From Squalus acanthias (Eukaryota), in the NCBI GenBank assembly GCA_030390025.1, contig CM059437.1, forward strand, positions 52,948,001 through 53,012,000: a DNA stretch of 64,000 nucleotides. The letters are read 5' to 3'. The position numbers and the translations under genes are program-made. Below the pieces are notes generated by a model. The model was given only the letters and a program-made list of their open reading frames with translations. It was not told the origin of the DNA and made no database searches. Below are positions 12,898 through 24,218 of the stretch, piece after piece (within the stretch, counting starts at the first letter, position 1; each line of letters starts with the position of its first letter).

Positions 12898-13640
12898 GGC
12901 CCAAAAATTAGTGCCTCTACGCGAGAGTACACACTGTGTACTCTCGCGTATTCTGTCTCCAATTGCCGGTTTTCTGCATGCACTGCGCATGCGCTGAAAA
13001 CCGGCACTTGGTGATTTCAAAAGGGGGCGGTTCCTAAGTGAACCGCGTGCGCGCTACAGGCTGCGCGCACGCAGTGCACTTAGTGCTTTGAACGCGCAGG
13101 TAAGCATGGAAGATTTTGCACATAAAGAAAGGAGGCGTAAGACCCTCTTTTAACAAGGTAAGTAGTCAATTAAGTATTATTTTGAATTTTTTTCAACAGG
13201 TATATCTTTTTTAGAGACTTTAAAGAAAGGTAAGTTTATTTTTATAACTTTTTAAAAGATTTTAAATTTTTTCAAAAATTTAATTTTTTGTTTAAAGTGG
13301 TTAATTTATTTAACTATACTTATTTTATTAATGTGATGGTTTTAAAAAAAAAATTAATTGAGGTTTAGCTGTTCTTTTGGGGGGTATAGATTCATAGCTT
13401 TCACAGCACTTGATGTGAAAACTATGAATGAAAGATGGTGTGCTGCCATTGGCTCTAACTGAATCACGTGATCCCACAGCTCGCACGAATTAACTGCGCC
13501 TGTGGGATACGCAAGCACTGCCCAGCTGCTGTCTAGAAAATCAAGTTCGTGCGAGCTGGGAATGAAAAAGCCGGCGCACAGTGAGATATCGCGGGGAAGC
13601 CTTACCCCCGCACGAAGGCTCCCTCACTAATTTTTGGGCC
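12898..13640. mobile_element. 743-bp non-autonomous DNA transposon (PIF/Harbinger-like MITE), specific to unit 1
   Basis: Perfect 16-bp TIRs GGCCCAAAAATTAGTG / CACTAATTTTTGGGCC and a 3-bp TSD AAT (12895-97, 13641-43). The empty site ctatataataag is in units 2 and 3. Confidence 0.9.
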
Positions 13641-14445
13641 AATAAGAAGAAAGAGCAGCAACATGATTCCCACCCATGGATGCTATCCCACATTCCAAAC
13701 AACCTCCCACTTTCATGCTTCCCAAGGATAGATTTTCCCTTTTCCATGTTGGCATTAGTTGTTGCATATGTACCAAATGTTCTTGTGAAGCTCTACTGCT
13801 CCCTATTATAGTTCATAGGCTCAGAGACAAAGAAGAAATGGGGTGCACAAATCTTAAAATTGTCTTTAAAGCTTCAGCTTGCAGGGAAACGTGCACTTAG
13901 ATTATTTGGGAATTCTTCCACTGAGTTAAAAACACAGGCTGATAATGCGCTCTGTGGTACGTTGCTTCTGCAAATTTATCTGCAGTATATGAATTGAATC
14001 TAAAGTAAGTGATTATTTTGCCTAAAATAATTTCCCTTACTATTTCTCAATCTCATATCCCCTGCGTTATTGTGGAATATTGAGGGATTTACCTAAGATC
14101 CACACCTCATCTTGTTAGCATCACATCTCTATCAGAAACCATTTGCTCATCCAGTCTAAGTACAATCTGATTAATATTACACCTCATACTACTGCCAAAT
14201 AAAACATAATACATTATACAGAAAGCTGCAGTGAAAACTAAGCTCCCCCCATATACAATCATATTATTAAGAAATCGCCCCTTAAACTTAAAAGATTTCC
14301 CCGGCACTCCTTTTATCGTTTCCATCTGATAAATAATTCTGCATAAGCACTCATTCTCCCTGGCCCTCATTTCTCTAATTTCTTTGTTAACTCAAGGGAA
14401 CCTAACCCTAAATTTTAAAATTCCATTTCATACGCCCTTCTCTAC

Positions 14446-15763
14446 TGTAGGGGGTGGAATGTGGGGTAAGCCTTCACCTCTGACTCAGTGAGCGGTTCGA
14501 ATCGCTCCCACGCCCCTGGTTCCTAGACTTTGGACTTATTTAGGGGTTGTGAACAAAGATGCAGTAGACAACAGGTCCTGATGAAAGAATTTTGACTTTA
14601 TTAAAAGAAAAAGGTAACAAACTTAAAACACTCTTAATACTTAAACACAGGTTGGGGAACACACGGTACAGGCGAGGGAGAAAGACAATATACAAAAAAA
14701 ACCCTAACCCCTCCCAAAAATCCCACTATCTAGCTAGGTTTTGGTTTCAGGAGATCAGGGATAATGCTCACCAAACATGAGAGTTGAGAGTTAGGGTTTA
14801 GAGTCTTTTGAGTAAAAGGTTTCGTAAGGCACTTGTTCCCGTGAGGTGTCCGATGGTCACTGAGGCAGTTACTCTGGTTTCTTCATGTGTGTTGGTCTGC
14901 TTGTGAAGTTGTTGGCCTTCTTTCCTACTCCTCCTCATGGCTTTTGGTGTCTTGCTGGAGCAGAGCTAAGAGAGAGCTGTGCGAGCATTGAGAGTGTTGT
15001 CAGAGAGTCCAGAGAGAGAGAGAGTCTTGGGGGTTTAGGCCCCCAATTATACTGTTCAGCCTCTTTTGTCCTTTTTGCACCCAAAACCCCTTACTAAATC
15101 GGTTTCCTTTAGATTTCAAATGAGCCCTGTTTATTCCATTGTCTTAGTTTTGGTGGGCTTGTTAGTTTCGATGGGTTTAACTTGGTGTTAAACATGTCCT
15201 GATAGCTTCCGATTTAGGCAAGGCCTTTATCTGCGTGCCAAATCTTGTCCCTATTGTTCCAGGTTTTTGGCGGGCTTGTAAAACTGTCCCTGTGGATACC
15301 TAGTTGATTGGCTTTGATGAAGTAATCGGGGTACTAAATGTTTTATTGATTTCAGGCTTCTGGTATCCTGTTTGGGCCTGGGAATTTCAAAAGAGGTCTT
15401 GGATTATTCATATTTCGATGTATCTGTGAGGCTTTGGGTTTGTCTCTTCCTCCTCGGTAGGAATGCAGTGTAAACAAATTCCCAGACAGCTTGATTGGGC
15501 CCTAACACCCAAAGCTGTCCACTGCCTGGCCGCGCCCCACCGCAGCCTGTCTGTGTCTGTCAAAGGTGTCTTTACCAACAGTAAGATTCAAAGGTCATTT
15601 GCCTCAGAGATTTTCTTCCCTGATCTTTAAAATGTCCAAAACTGAGGTTTTTACCTCAATTCACTGCACTTAGGTCCCATCATCATAAGTTTGTATGAAA
15701 GGTCCAAAAATCAGTCCCTTTAGGGTTCTGTTCGAGTTTCTGGGGGATTTTGGGAAGCCTACA
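14446..15763 (-). mobile_element. Solo LTR (1318 bp), specific to unit 1
   Basis: TGTAGG...CCTACA termini, 4-bp TSD CTAC (14442-45, 15764-67), minus-strand AATAAA near 14600. The empty site ttctctactgata is in unit 2. Confidence 0.88.
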
Positions 15764-16149
15764 CTACTGATAACTATTAATGATTTTAACTCTATTTTGA
15801 TATTTTCAGTAATTTGTTCTGAAGAATGCTGAACTTCTCAATATGAATTTTTGCATGCTGAAAGAGCAGAGTTTGGTTTAACAAAGCATGGAACACGGAA
15901 CAGTTACATTTGACTGTCCAGGACGGTATTCTGGGAAGTTTGACCAAGTTCAAAAGATTCTGCGACAACACTTTTGCAGATATTACATTTGAGGTGAAAG
16001 ATAAGACAGCTGCCTGGCGAAGCCTTGAAAATCTGTGTCAATGGTATAATAGCAGCCGTTCTAAAGTGAAAGGACGAGACAGACCAGAGACAGACAAAAC
16101 GAAACTACAAAAGATGTCGACTAAGAATTAGCCCCTCAGTCTCCGAAGC

Positions 16150-19100
16150 CGAATGTTTTGACCATTCCGAGTTTCGATTTGTACGACTGACCATCACAGT
16201 GTCCTCTTGGCCAGAATATTGAAATAAGAGCCACCACAAGGCAAACATTCCAATTCAACTTTATACATCTATCCATCCAATATTATATCAAAAATCAACG
16301 AATCACCCTTGTGCATTCCCTTAGTGACTGTCTGTTGTGCACATTTGGCTGTCCTAGTGTTCCTACGCAATGCTACCCCATTGGCTGCAGCATGGCTAGT
16401 GGAAGGCTTCTGCCTTTCAGTGCAGGTGACGGCAGATAGCCCAGCAGGACGACCTAGAGGAGCTCTGGGCCAAGTAGGCCCGGCTTCTAAATGAACCAGC
16501 ATGGGTGGCAGCCGTCTGGGACTGGCTGACAGGCAACAGCAAGGGCACTGGCGGAGTGGCAGTGATGGGATTACAAATGTTGTCATCCTGGGAGAGGAGA
16601 GCAGGGTCGGCCTCCACACATCCATTGCCACTCCCACAGGGTAGCACCTTAGAAATTCTATTATCTAATGGAGTAGAGACTGCTGGACTGCTGTGACAAC
16701 CTGCAAGCCCCTTTCAACACTGGTAAACCCAACCATGATGGCAGCTGTCTATTCTTGCGTGGCAGCAAGCTGATGTTGCATGATTACACTCTGAGCTTCC
16801 ATTGAAGCACTCAGATATTGTGTGGCTTCTGCTTCTGCTGCAATGGAAGCTAAGGCTTCAGCCATCAGACACGGCATTATGGTTGGGCTGAAAAGTGCGT
16901 TAATGGATCTGCTCATCCCTTCCACGCTGGGAAGGTTGGGCATCATGCTCTACCTAAAGCCCTATGCAAGGCTAGAGCTGGACACCTGCATGCTCCTTTA
17001 CATTGCACTCAGGCTTTCTGGTAGATCTGCCAATGCACCAAACTTTTCATTGTGCATACCCATTAGCATTCTTCTGTAGGCCGCCCCATCGAAGTCTTCA
17101 TCTGAGTCATGTGTAGGCTTCGCAAAATCCCCCAGAAACTCGAACAGAGCCCTAAAGGGAGTGATTTTTGGACTTTTCATACAAACTTGGGATGATGGGG
17201 CCTAAGTGAAGTGATTTGATGTAAAAACCTAAAGATCAGGGAAGAAAAACCTGAGGAAACTGATTTTTTTGAATCTTACTGTTGGGAGAGACACCTTTCA
17301 CAGACACAAGCTGCGAGGGGCGTGGCCGGGCAGTGAACAAATCAAGCTGTCTGGGAATTGTTTACACTACAAATCCTACCCAGGTGCAAGAGACAAAGCA
17401 AAAACTCACAAACACATTCAAATATGGATCCCCAGGGGCAAACAAGATGCTGGAAATCTAAAAACGATTCAATGACAATATAACTTCGATCACACAGTTT
17501 CATAGCCATTATCCCATCAAAAAAAAACACTCTTCCAGGTATCCACAGAACAGATTTAAAAGCCCGTCAACAGGCCTAGGACAATAGGGTGGAGATTTGC
17601 CGTGTAGATAAGGCTGTGTTTAAATCGATAAACGATTAAGACATGTTTAACACTGAGCAAAAACCATCGGAACTGGCAAGCCCGCCAAAAACCAGACAAT
17701 TGGACTAAGCAAGGTTCATTTACAATCAAAAGGAATTCGTTTTAGTAAGGGTTTTTTGGGCGCGAAAAAGAAACAGTATAATTTGAGACCCTGTGCCATA
17801 ATCTCTCTCTCTTTCGGATTGGCTGACAACGCGGACACAGCTCTCTCCCTGCTCCAGCAAAACCTACCACAAGCCACGAGGAAGAAGGCCAGCACGCAAG
17901 AAGAAACCAGAGCGACTGCCTCAGTGACCATCAGACACCTCGCAGCAACAAGGGCCTTACGGAGTCCTTTTAAACAAAAGACTCTAATATCCTCTCAAGG
18001 ATTCGTTGGTGAGCATTATCCCTGATCTCATGAAACCAAAACCTAGCCAGATAGTGGGATCTTTGGGAGGGATATGGTTTTGTTTGATATATTGTCATTT
18101 CCCTCGCTTGTACCGTGTATTCCCCGAATCTGTGTTTAAGTAATAAGGGTGTTTCAAGTTTGTTACCTTTTTCTTTTAATAAAGTAAAATTCTTTCATCA
18201 GAACCTGTTTACTGCAATTTTGTTCACAACCCCTAAATAAGTCCAAAGTCTAGGAACCGGAGGGTTGTGGGAGCGATTAAGATACCCCTTACAATGTGCA
18301 GCAGAACTCGTGTGCGACCTTGCACTCTGGGTAGCTGGCACCTGCACTATCCTTTGCCGCTGTCCTGGCTGCGGCTCACTCGTGCCCAGTGACTCACCAC
18401 GTGCAGATCCCACATCTAACCTATCCTCAAAAGTATGCAGCATGTCACTATCTGAGCTGCTGGCTGGGAGTGTGAAATTGAGTGATGATGTTTCTTCTGC
18501 TTCACTCTCCTCTTCCTCTTCTTTTTGTGCCACTGGCTGGATTTCTGGATTTCTTGAAATGAGAAAGGCACAAGAGTACGGTTGTGGTGTGGGGAGGGGG
18601 GAAACCAGAAGTGCATGCTTACACCATGTCCATATTTTAAATCAGAAGAGATTGTGGGATGAAGGGCAAGTGTGATGTAATAAGGAGGATAAAATACTAG
18701 CATGTTGTATTCTTTCAGCCCCGCCGCTGGCCAGAGGCTTAGCCATGCCCCTGCCAAGAATGGCCATCATCGTCTCCTCTATTGGGTTGAGAACATACAG
18801 GTGAGCCTGTGCCCCACTGATTAAATTCTGCTGGCGACGGATAAGTGCCACATTTTCCTGAAAGGGAAGTTTGTCAGTGAGTGTGGTGTAATGTGCTTGG
18901 CTGATATGTCTGCCATGGTTGAATAGTTGACAGTGTTTTCACGTTGTGAGATGTGGATGTGAGGCTTGCAGCAGTGGTAGATTTTGTGGCTGAGGTGAAG
19001 ACATGAATGTGAGGTGTGAGTCGTGCTTGGTAGAGATAGTTGGTAGGTAATTGAAGGGGTGTGGTGCATTGAGAATTGTTGACGCTAGTCGGATATGGCA

Positions 19101-19655
19101 TTTGAAGATGAATTCACTGATCTTGACCACTTTCTGAGGTCATTAAATTTCTTCATGCACTGAATCCAAGTCTTCAGCTGAACAATGCTGACATGTACCA
19201 CTGTGGCTATCTGCTCTCACGGCAGTCTGGTCTGATGCCTTAAGGGATTCAAGCCCCCCGGGGAAAGAGAACCTGTCTCCTGGAGTTGACCTTCTTGACC
19301 AAGGGCTCCAGTGCTGCATTGGAGGACCTAGTTGCACGCTGTTGTGCCATCATGATGACTTCCCAGCCATTTCAATCACCTGTTGCAGACAGAAGATACC
19401 TCCCTTTAAGAGGTGCAGACTGCTTTTAAGTGGTGCAGGCTAACTTTAATTGGAAGTAGGCTCGCAGGAACTTGGGCCGCTTGCTGAACTTTCAGCCACT
19501 CAGCAGCGCGTTCAACGCTGGGCTGAACGCTACGATCATGTTAATCAGCAGGCAGCACTAAGTTTGCGTGCAGCCTGCAGTCCTCTGAACGGGCAGGGAT
19601 TGATTGTGCATCGCAATCGCCGCGCTCGTTTGCGTGCGTAATCCAGTTTTTAAGC
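16150..19655 (-). mobile_element. Harbinger-type element with a decayed multi-exon Myb/SANT-like gene (unit 1 copy, LTR-interrupted); left boundary approximate
   Basis: Colinear with 37990-40335. Confidence 0.65.
17112..18293 (+). mobile_element. Solo LTR of the same family in the opposite orientation, specific to unit 1
   Basis: TGTAGG...CTTACA termini and colinear with the reverse complement of 14446-15763. TATAAT at 17777, AATAAA at 18178, apparent ATG duplication at the flanks. Absent from units 2 and 3. Confidence 0.85.
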
Positions 19656-20606
19656 AAAGATGTACTCCCGCACCCCTCCCACCCCCCAACCCGCAATCGC
19701 CCCATTCCACTTTACTACGCTTGGTCTTTGCTGCCCATGTGCCACGCCAGCGGAGAACGAATAGTACTACCTATTAATTATATATAAATTATATGAAATA
19801 TAATCATATAATATATCAAAAGTAACACTGGATAGAAGTAATATAGTTCCACTTATGGATTTATGATATGCAGAATGGATAACATGAGACAGCAGACTCC
19901 ACTGCAATGTTCTGACTCACTGGGGGTAATTTTGACTTTAGAGGATGGTGTAAAGCTCGCGATATCTGCTCGGCCACCCATTAAACATTTTCCCGATTGT
20001 CGGTTCATTGAAATCAAAAACAATAGCAAAATGAGTGCCAACATTTCACGTTCACGTGCTGTTAGTGTCCTTCTGACCAAATTTTGTACTGCATTCCAAC
20101 AGCGCAGACATATCAGGCATATCTACCAAAAATATACACGCAAGATAGTCAGAATCATCACCCAATGCTACGTGATCTGAAAGAATTTATAGCGAAATGT
20201 TTCATCCGCCGGGTGCTTTCGATCAGAGAGCTCCAGTACACAATGCCTAATATTAGCATGTGAGACCATGGTCCCGAAATGATTTTCTTCGGTGCACGTT
20301 TCAGGTGGAATATTTATTTTCCTCCTCCCTTGGTATCTAAAATGGTCACGAATATTAAGATATAAGCTAGAAAAGTGTTTTCAGTTATATCAGGACTATG
20401 AGACTGCACAGGAAAATATGCAATTTAAATGAAAAATGTTACGGAGTGGGTCAAATTGGATACCAAAAAAAGTATGAGGTAAATTATTCTTAATTCTCTT
20501 TTTAAAAATAAATCAAAGTATGCAGAATCAACAAAACACGAATACCATCCCTCACCTTCCTGGTAATTTGCGATTAATTTGACACAAAGTAAGAATCTGT
20601 CAGCTT

Positions 20607-20682
20607 CTGATTGGCGTCAAGGTGCAGCCTGATTTGCATAAACATGAAGCATGTCGCAACACCTCTTCACATTGTTCATAAG
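20607..20682 (+). promoter_or_regulatory. Ig V promoter of cluster 2: inverted CCAAT, decamer/octamer, TATA-like element
   Basis: CTGATTGG 20607-14, TGATTTGCAT 20630-39 (the light-chain orientation of the octamer), ttcataag 20675-82; all within about 150 bp of the ATG. Confidence 0.85.
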
Positions 20683-20758
20683 CAGAGTTGGAGAGGAACT
20701 TTAGAACCCATTTCATCTGGAAACTGTCGATGTGTCTGAGATCCTTCAATTCTTTACA

Positions 20759-20807
20759 ATGTCTTATTGGATCCGTGTTGTCAGTGTGTTGGTGTTTTGC
20801 GTAGTTT
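20759..20807 (+). CDS. IGL: Leader exon, cluster 2
   Basis: MSYWIRVVSVLVFCVV followed by a phase-1 donor T|gtgagt; hydrophobic signal peptide. Confidence 0.92.
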
Positions 20808-20944
20808 GTGAGTATATTGCTTTCACTGCCTGATTAGTTTTCACCTTGAAGATTATGTACTGCGAAACTTCTCACCCCATTTTAATTGCAAAATTATTAC
20901 TCTCACTGTCCTGCCTCTTTCCTGACATTGCTCCTTATTTTCAG

Positions 20945-21289
20945 ATTTAAATGCGCAAGTTACGGTAAACCAGCCGCTTTCGATGTCAACTTCTCCGGGA
21001 AAGGACGTTCAAATAAGTTGTTCCCTGTCTGTTGCCAATTCAGGAAGCAATTATGTCGCCTGGTTCCAGCAGATTCCTGGGAACACGCCCCGGCTTCTAG
21101 TCTACTATTATTCGGGAAGTAGCATTTACAGAGGCCCGGGTATTTCAGAACGGTTCTCCGGCTCCTTATCAGGCAACACGGGAACTTTTACATTGTCCAA
21201 TGTACAATCAGAGGACGCTGCGGACTATTACTGTGCTATGTGGTCTAACGGTATAATCTTCGGGAAAGGAACGAGACTGAGTGTTGGCA
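20945..21289 (+). CDS. IGL: Germline-joined VJ exon, cluster 2 (intact)
   Basis: Acceptor ttattttcag. Reads (Y)LNA-QVTVNQPLSMSTSPGKDVQISC..WFQQ..DAADYYCAMWSNGIIFGKGTRLSVG, then donor A|gtaagt. V and J (FGxG) are contiguous with no RSS. Confidence 0.95.
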
Positions 21290-21784
21290 GTAAGTAAAAT
21301 CCCTTCATTTGTACAGTTATAGTTTGCTTACCTTAGAGCAAAATATTTAAGTGGCTTAATGATTTATTTGACTCAATTCAATTGCTTTTCAAAGTGACAT
21401 TTTCGAAATAACCTGATTTTTACCAAGTCTCCCTTGGCACCTCAGTTGGAAGTAACACATCCTAAATGGGCGAATGACCGTCCAGTTTCAGAAGTTTTCA
21501 CCTGTTGTTACTTCAAGTTGCATCCCCACTTGGTGCTGAATTAACTTATCCCAAACCAGGATAAAAATTGGACTCCAAATCGCCGAGTTAATCAATGTTC
21601 GCTTCCTAGTGATTGTGTTCGAAGTTGCGTTGACTGCATCTCAGGTGACAAAGGCGAGCCACGGAATGATACTCGGTCACAAACCCTACTAACAGTCAGT
21701 GTCTAGGCTCGCATGAGAAGTACGGAGAGAGACTGGCGCCGGTGCAACCACAGTTCAGTGGACGCCAATGCTTTTAGGAGCAGA

Positions 21785-21792
21785 ATGCAAAT
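21785..21792 (+). promoter_or_regulatory. Intronic octamer, candidate J-C enhancer; also 42507-42514 and 63586-63593
   Basis: Perfect ATGCAAAT in all three introns, with a conserved CACCTG E-box about 290 bp upstream (21499-21504). Confidence 0.45.
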
Positions 21793-23895
21793 TGGAAGGA
21801 ATCAAATTCTACAACGTATCTTAAATTCTGTTTCCAATGAAATACCCTGTAATATCTCTAAACGCACTGACTTGAACTAATTACCGTGTCCCTGAATTGC
21901 TTTCGTATTGATTTGATAGGCCTGGTATTAATCATAATAATAAGACTCAAATTTGTTTACTAATTTATACCATTTGATTTTTTATTTCTGAAATGGTATT
22001 CGTTTTCAGCAGCGTCAGTGGAGAGGATTAGTAATCTATAGAGAGATGCGCTCTCGCAATGTATTAGCTACGTTAGAACAGGTTCGTTCGAGTGCTCTTA
22101 CATTTCCCCTAAAATAGCCAGCACAGTGAAGCTTCCTGCAACGTTTACGACGCCACGAATGCATGGAGATTGGAGGCAATCCCTTTTCTACTAATTAAAA
22201 TTATTGCAGCTGTCTTGCCCCTATAGCTCAGTAAACTAATGGGAATGCTGGAAATTATTCTAGTCCCTGTTTTTAGCGACATCATGCGAAATAGTGAACA
22301 ATTTCTAAAGAAAATATACCATCCAGAGGAACTGAATGAGTGAATGAACGAACGAATAGACGCATTTAGACTGCGGCTATCTCAGAGCGCTCCTTCCCCG
22401 CGTTGAACTAGTGCCGTGCGATATCCTGATAGGATCGACTTGTATCTTCATCGTTGTTTTGTTTGATGTTTAAAATGAGAGTAACCACTTTAGTTTAGAC
22501 TGTTTAATGCCTTTGTTAAAATACGGAAGAATTTCACAGCATTGTTACAGGGCGTTGATATATTAATATCTCAGAGCCAAATTTTAACCTGAATGCCGTT
22601 TTAAATCAAAAGTGGGCAGTGAACAAAATATAGAGCCGTTCGAACCGTAAGGACCCGATTTATTGTAGTTGAATTCCCCCATGATCATTATTCTGTGCGT
22701 TTAAACATTTCATATGTTTGCTTGGATATTTCTCTCCGCACTTCCTGATCACTTTTTGGTGATCTGTAGTTTACCCGAATAGTGTGACCGATATCTTCCT
22801 ATCCTTTATCTCAATCCATACGGGTTGATGATAGCTGTCTGCTTAATATGAATTTTGTAATTTCTTTGTAATTTTTAAAATTGCGATGCTTATGCGGTAC
22901 GATGTGAGATAACAGTACGCGCGCTCACACTCTCAGTGTATGGAATGTGAATATCCTATCGTGAAATAAATTGTGGAATGAATCACGGGGTTAGCACAAC
23001 AAAACATGCAAAAACTTATAAGTAAAACTAAAGTGCGTGTTTAATATGAGATCAGCACCAACCCGTATTAAAACAGTTGTAAATCTGCTTCAAGTATTAC
23101 AATAGAAAGACTGGAGTTTACTGCTCAAATAACGAAAGGAGCAAGATTCGCAGTCCCACTGCAGAAATCTCCGTGAGTTAGATGTTTCAATGCAGAAATT
23201 AGTATTTCGAAATCGCGTAGAACTTTAAACTTTTGAAATCTGATAAAAAAAATTAGTTTACACTGCAAGTTTAGTGTTGGCGCCATACGATTGCTGCGTG
23301 CAGTGACTAAGGCGGCTAGAATTTAAAGCACCAAGATGTTTTATCTGCATTTCATTGCCTGAGTGCCTGTACATGAGTAACATTATGTCCCTATATTCAT
23401 AAAATGCATACATGATATGTCGGTCTCTCCTCTTGATGACTGAACAGCTGAACCATGTGAACGCATCACAATAAGAGATAAGAAATGTCGGTGGAGTAGA
23501 TCTTGACATTGTGCTATAGTGTAAAACGGGTGGTAGTGAATCGGCAGCCCATTTTAAATTTATCCTGATCTTTAGTTAAAAGAATTCAATGGAAGTAAAA
23601 ATCGAGAGAGAGGTAAAACGGGACTGGCGATTCACTATCATCAATTTTACACTATCACACAAAGTCAATATTTATCCCAGTATCTTTAAAGGACATTATT
23701 CACCGGAGCATTTCAGCTGACAAATATTTAAAGTGTCCATAGTATGAATGTAATATTTTGAAAGATGTATATTGCGAAGGGATCTATTTATTATATTGAC
23801 TGGATTGATGCAATACAAAATATTTGAACAAATATTATGCTTCAACCGAAGCAATTCTCCAACACTACTAAACCGCGATCGTTTGTTTTAAACAG

Positions 23896-24218
23896 AACCG
23901 CAGGAACCATCGGTCTCCGTCCTTCCGCCTTCATCGGATCAAATCGCAGCAAAGAACACGGCGACCCTGGTGTGTTTGGTGAACGGTTTTAACCCGGGCG
24001 CTGTGGAGATTGAGTGGACTGTCGATGGCAGTGTCAGAGGGAATGGTGTTGAGACCAGTCCGATGCAGCAGGAGACGGACAACACGTTCAGTGTGAGCAG
24101 TTATCTGACTCTGCCAGCCTCAGAGTGGAACTCACACGAGCTTTACACCTGTGTGGTTAAACACCAGACACAGGCAAACCCGGTTAAAACAAGTATCTCG
24201 AGATCCAGCTGTATCTAA
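23896..24218 (+). CDS. IGL: Ig light chain constant exon, cluster 2
   Basis: In frame with the VJ donor. Spliced CDS is 49+345+323=717 nt, 238 aa, ending SRSSCI*. Confidence 0.95.

Larger units (their letters stand above)
9000..14440 (+). mobile_element. Probable highly decayed ancient LINE (ORF1 and endonuclease remnants), interrupted by a SINE, a CR1 and a MITE
   Basis: KIDSLK..R...NLIF(x)G near 9320-9380 resembles the L1-type ORF1 motif. LLGTIY.SP (about 10360), RLDLV (about 12785) and PWM (about 13674) resemble ORF2 motifs in the expected order. Similarity is weak and judged by eye. Confidence 0.35.

Noticed and set aside
16195-16225. CACAGTG in the spacer as a downstream deleting-element RSS (also 58622)
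   Set aside because: Poor nonamer, wrong orientation for deleting C, and the heptamer is broken in unit 2.
14446-18293. The two LTRs as ends of one provirus or composite transposon
   Set aside because: They are inverted, each has its own flanking duplication, and the sequence between them is ordinary spacer shared with the other units.
20886-21122. Alternative-frame ORFs overlapping the V exons (also 41609-41809 and 62798-62980)
   Set aside because: Shadow frames with different stop positions. The cluster 4 one is simply the frame entered after the frameshift.
23901-23903. Second CAG as the C-exon acceptor
   Set aside because: It is phase 0 and out of frame with the phase-1 J donor; the upstream aaacag gives the correct frame.
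20945-24218. T-cell receptor, IgNAR or processed retrocopy interpretation
   Set aside because: A single C exon ending in Cys-Ile-stop with no transmembrane exon, an octamer promoter and retained introns indicate a genomic Ig light-chain gene.
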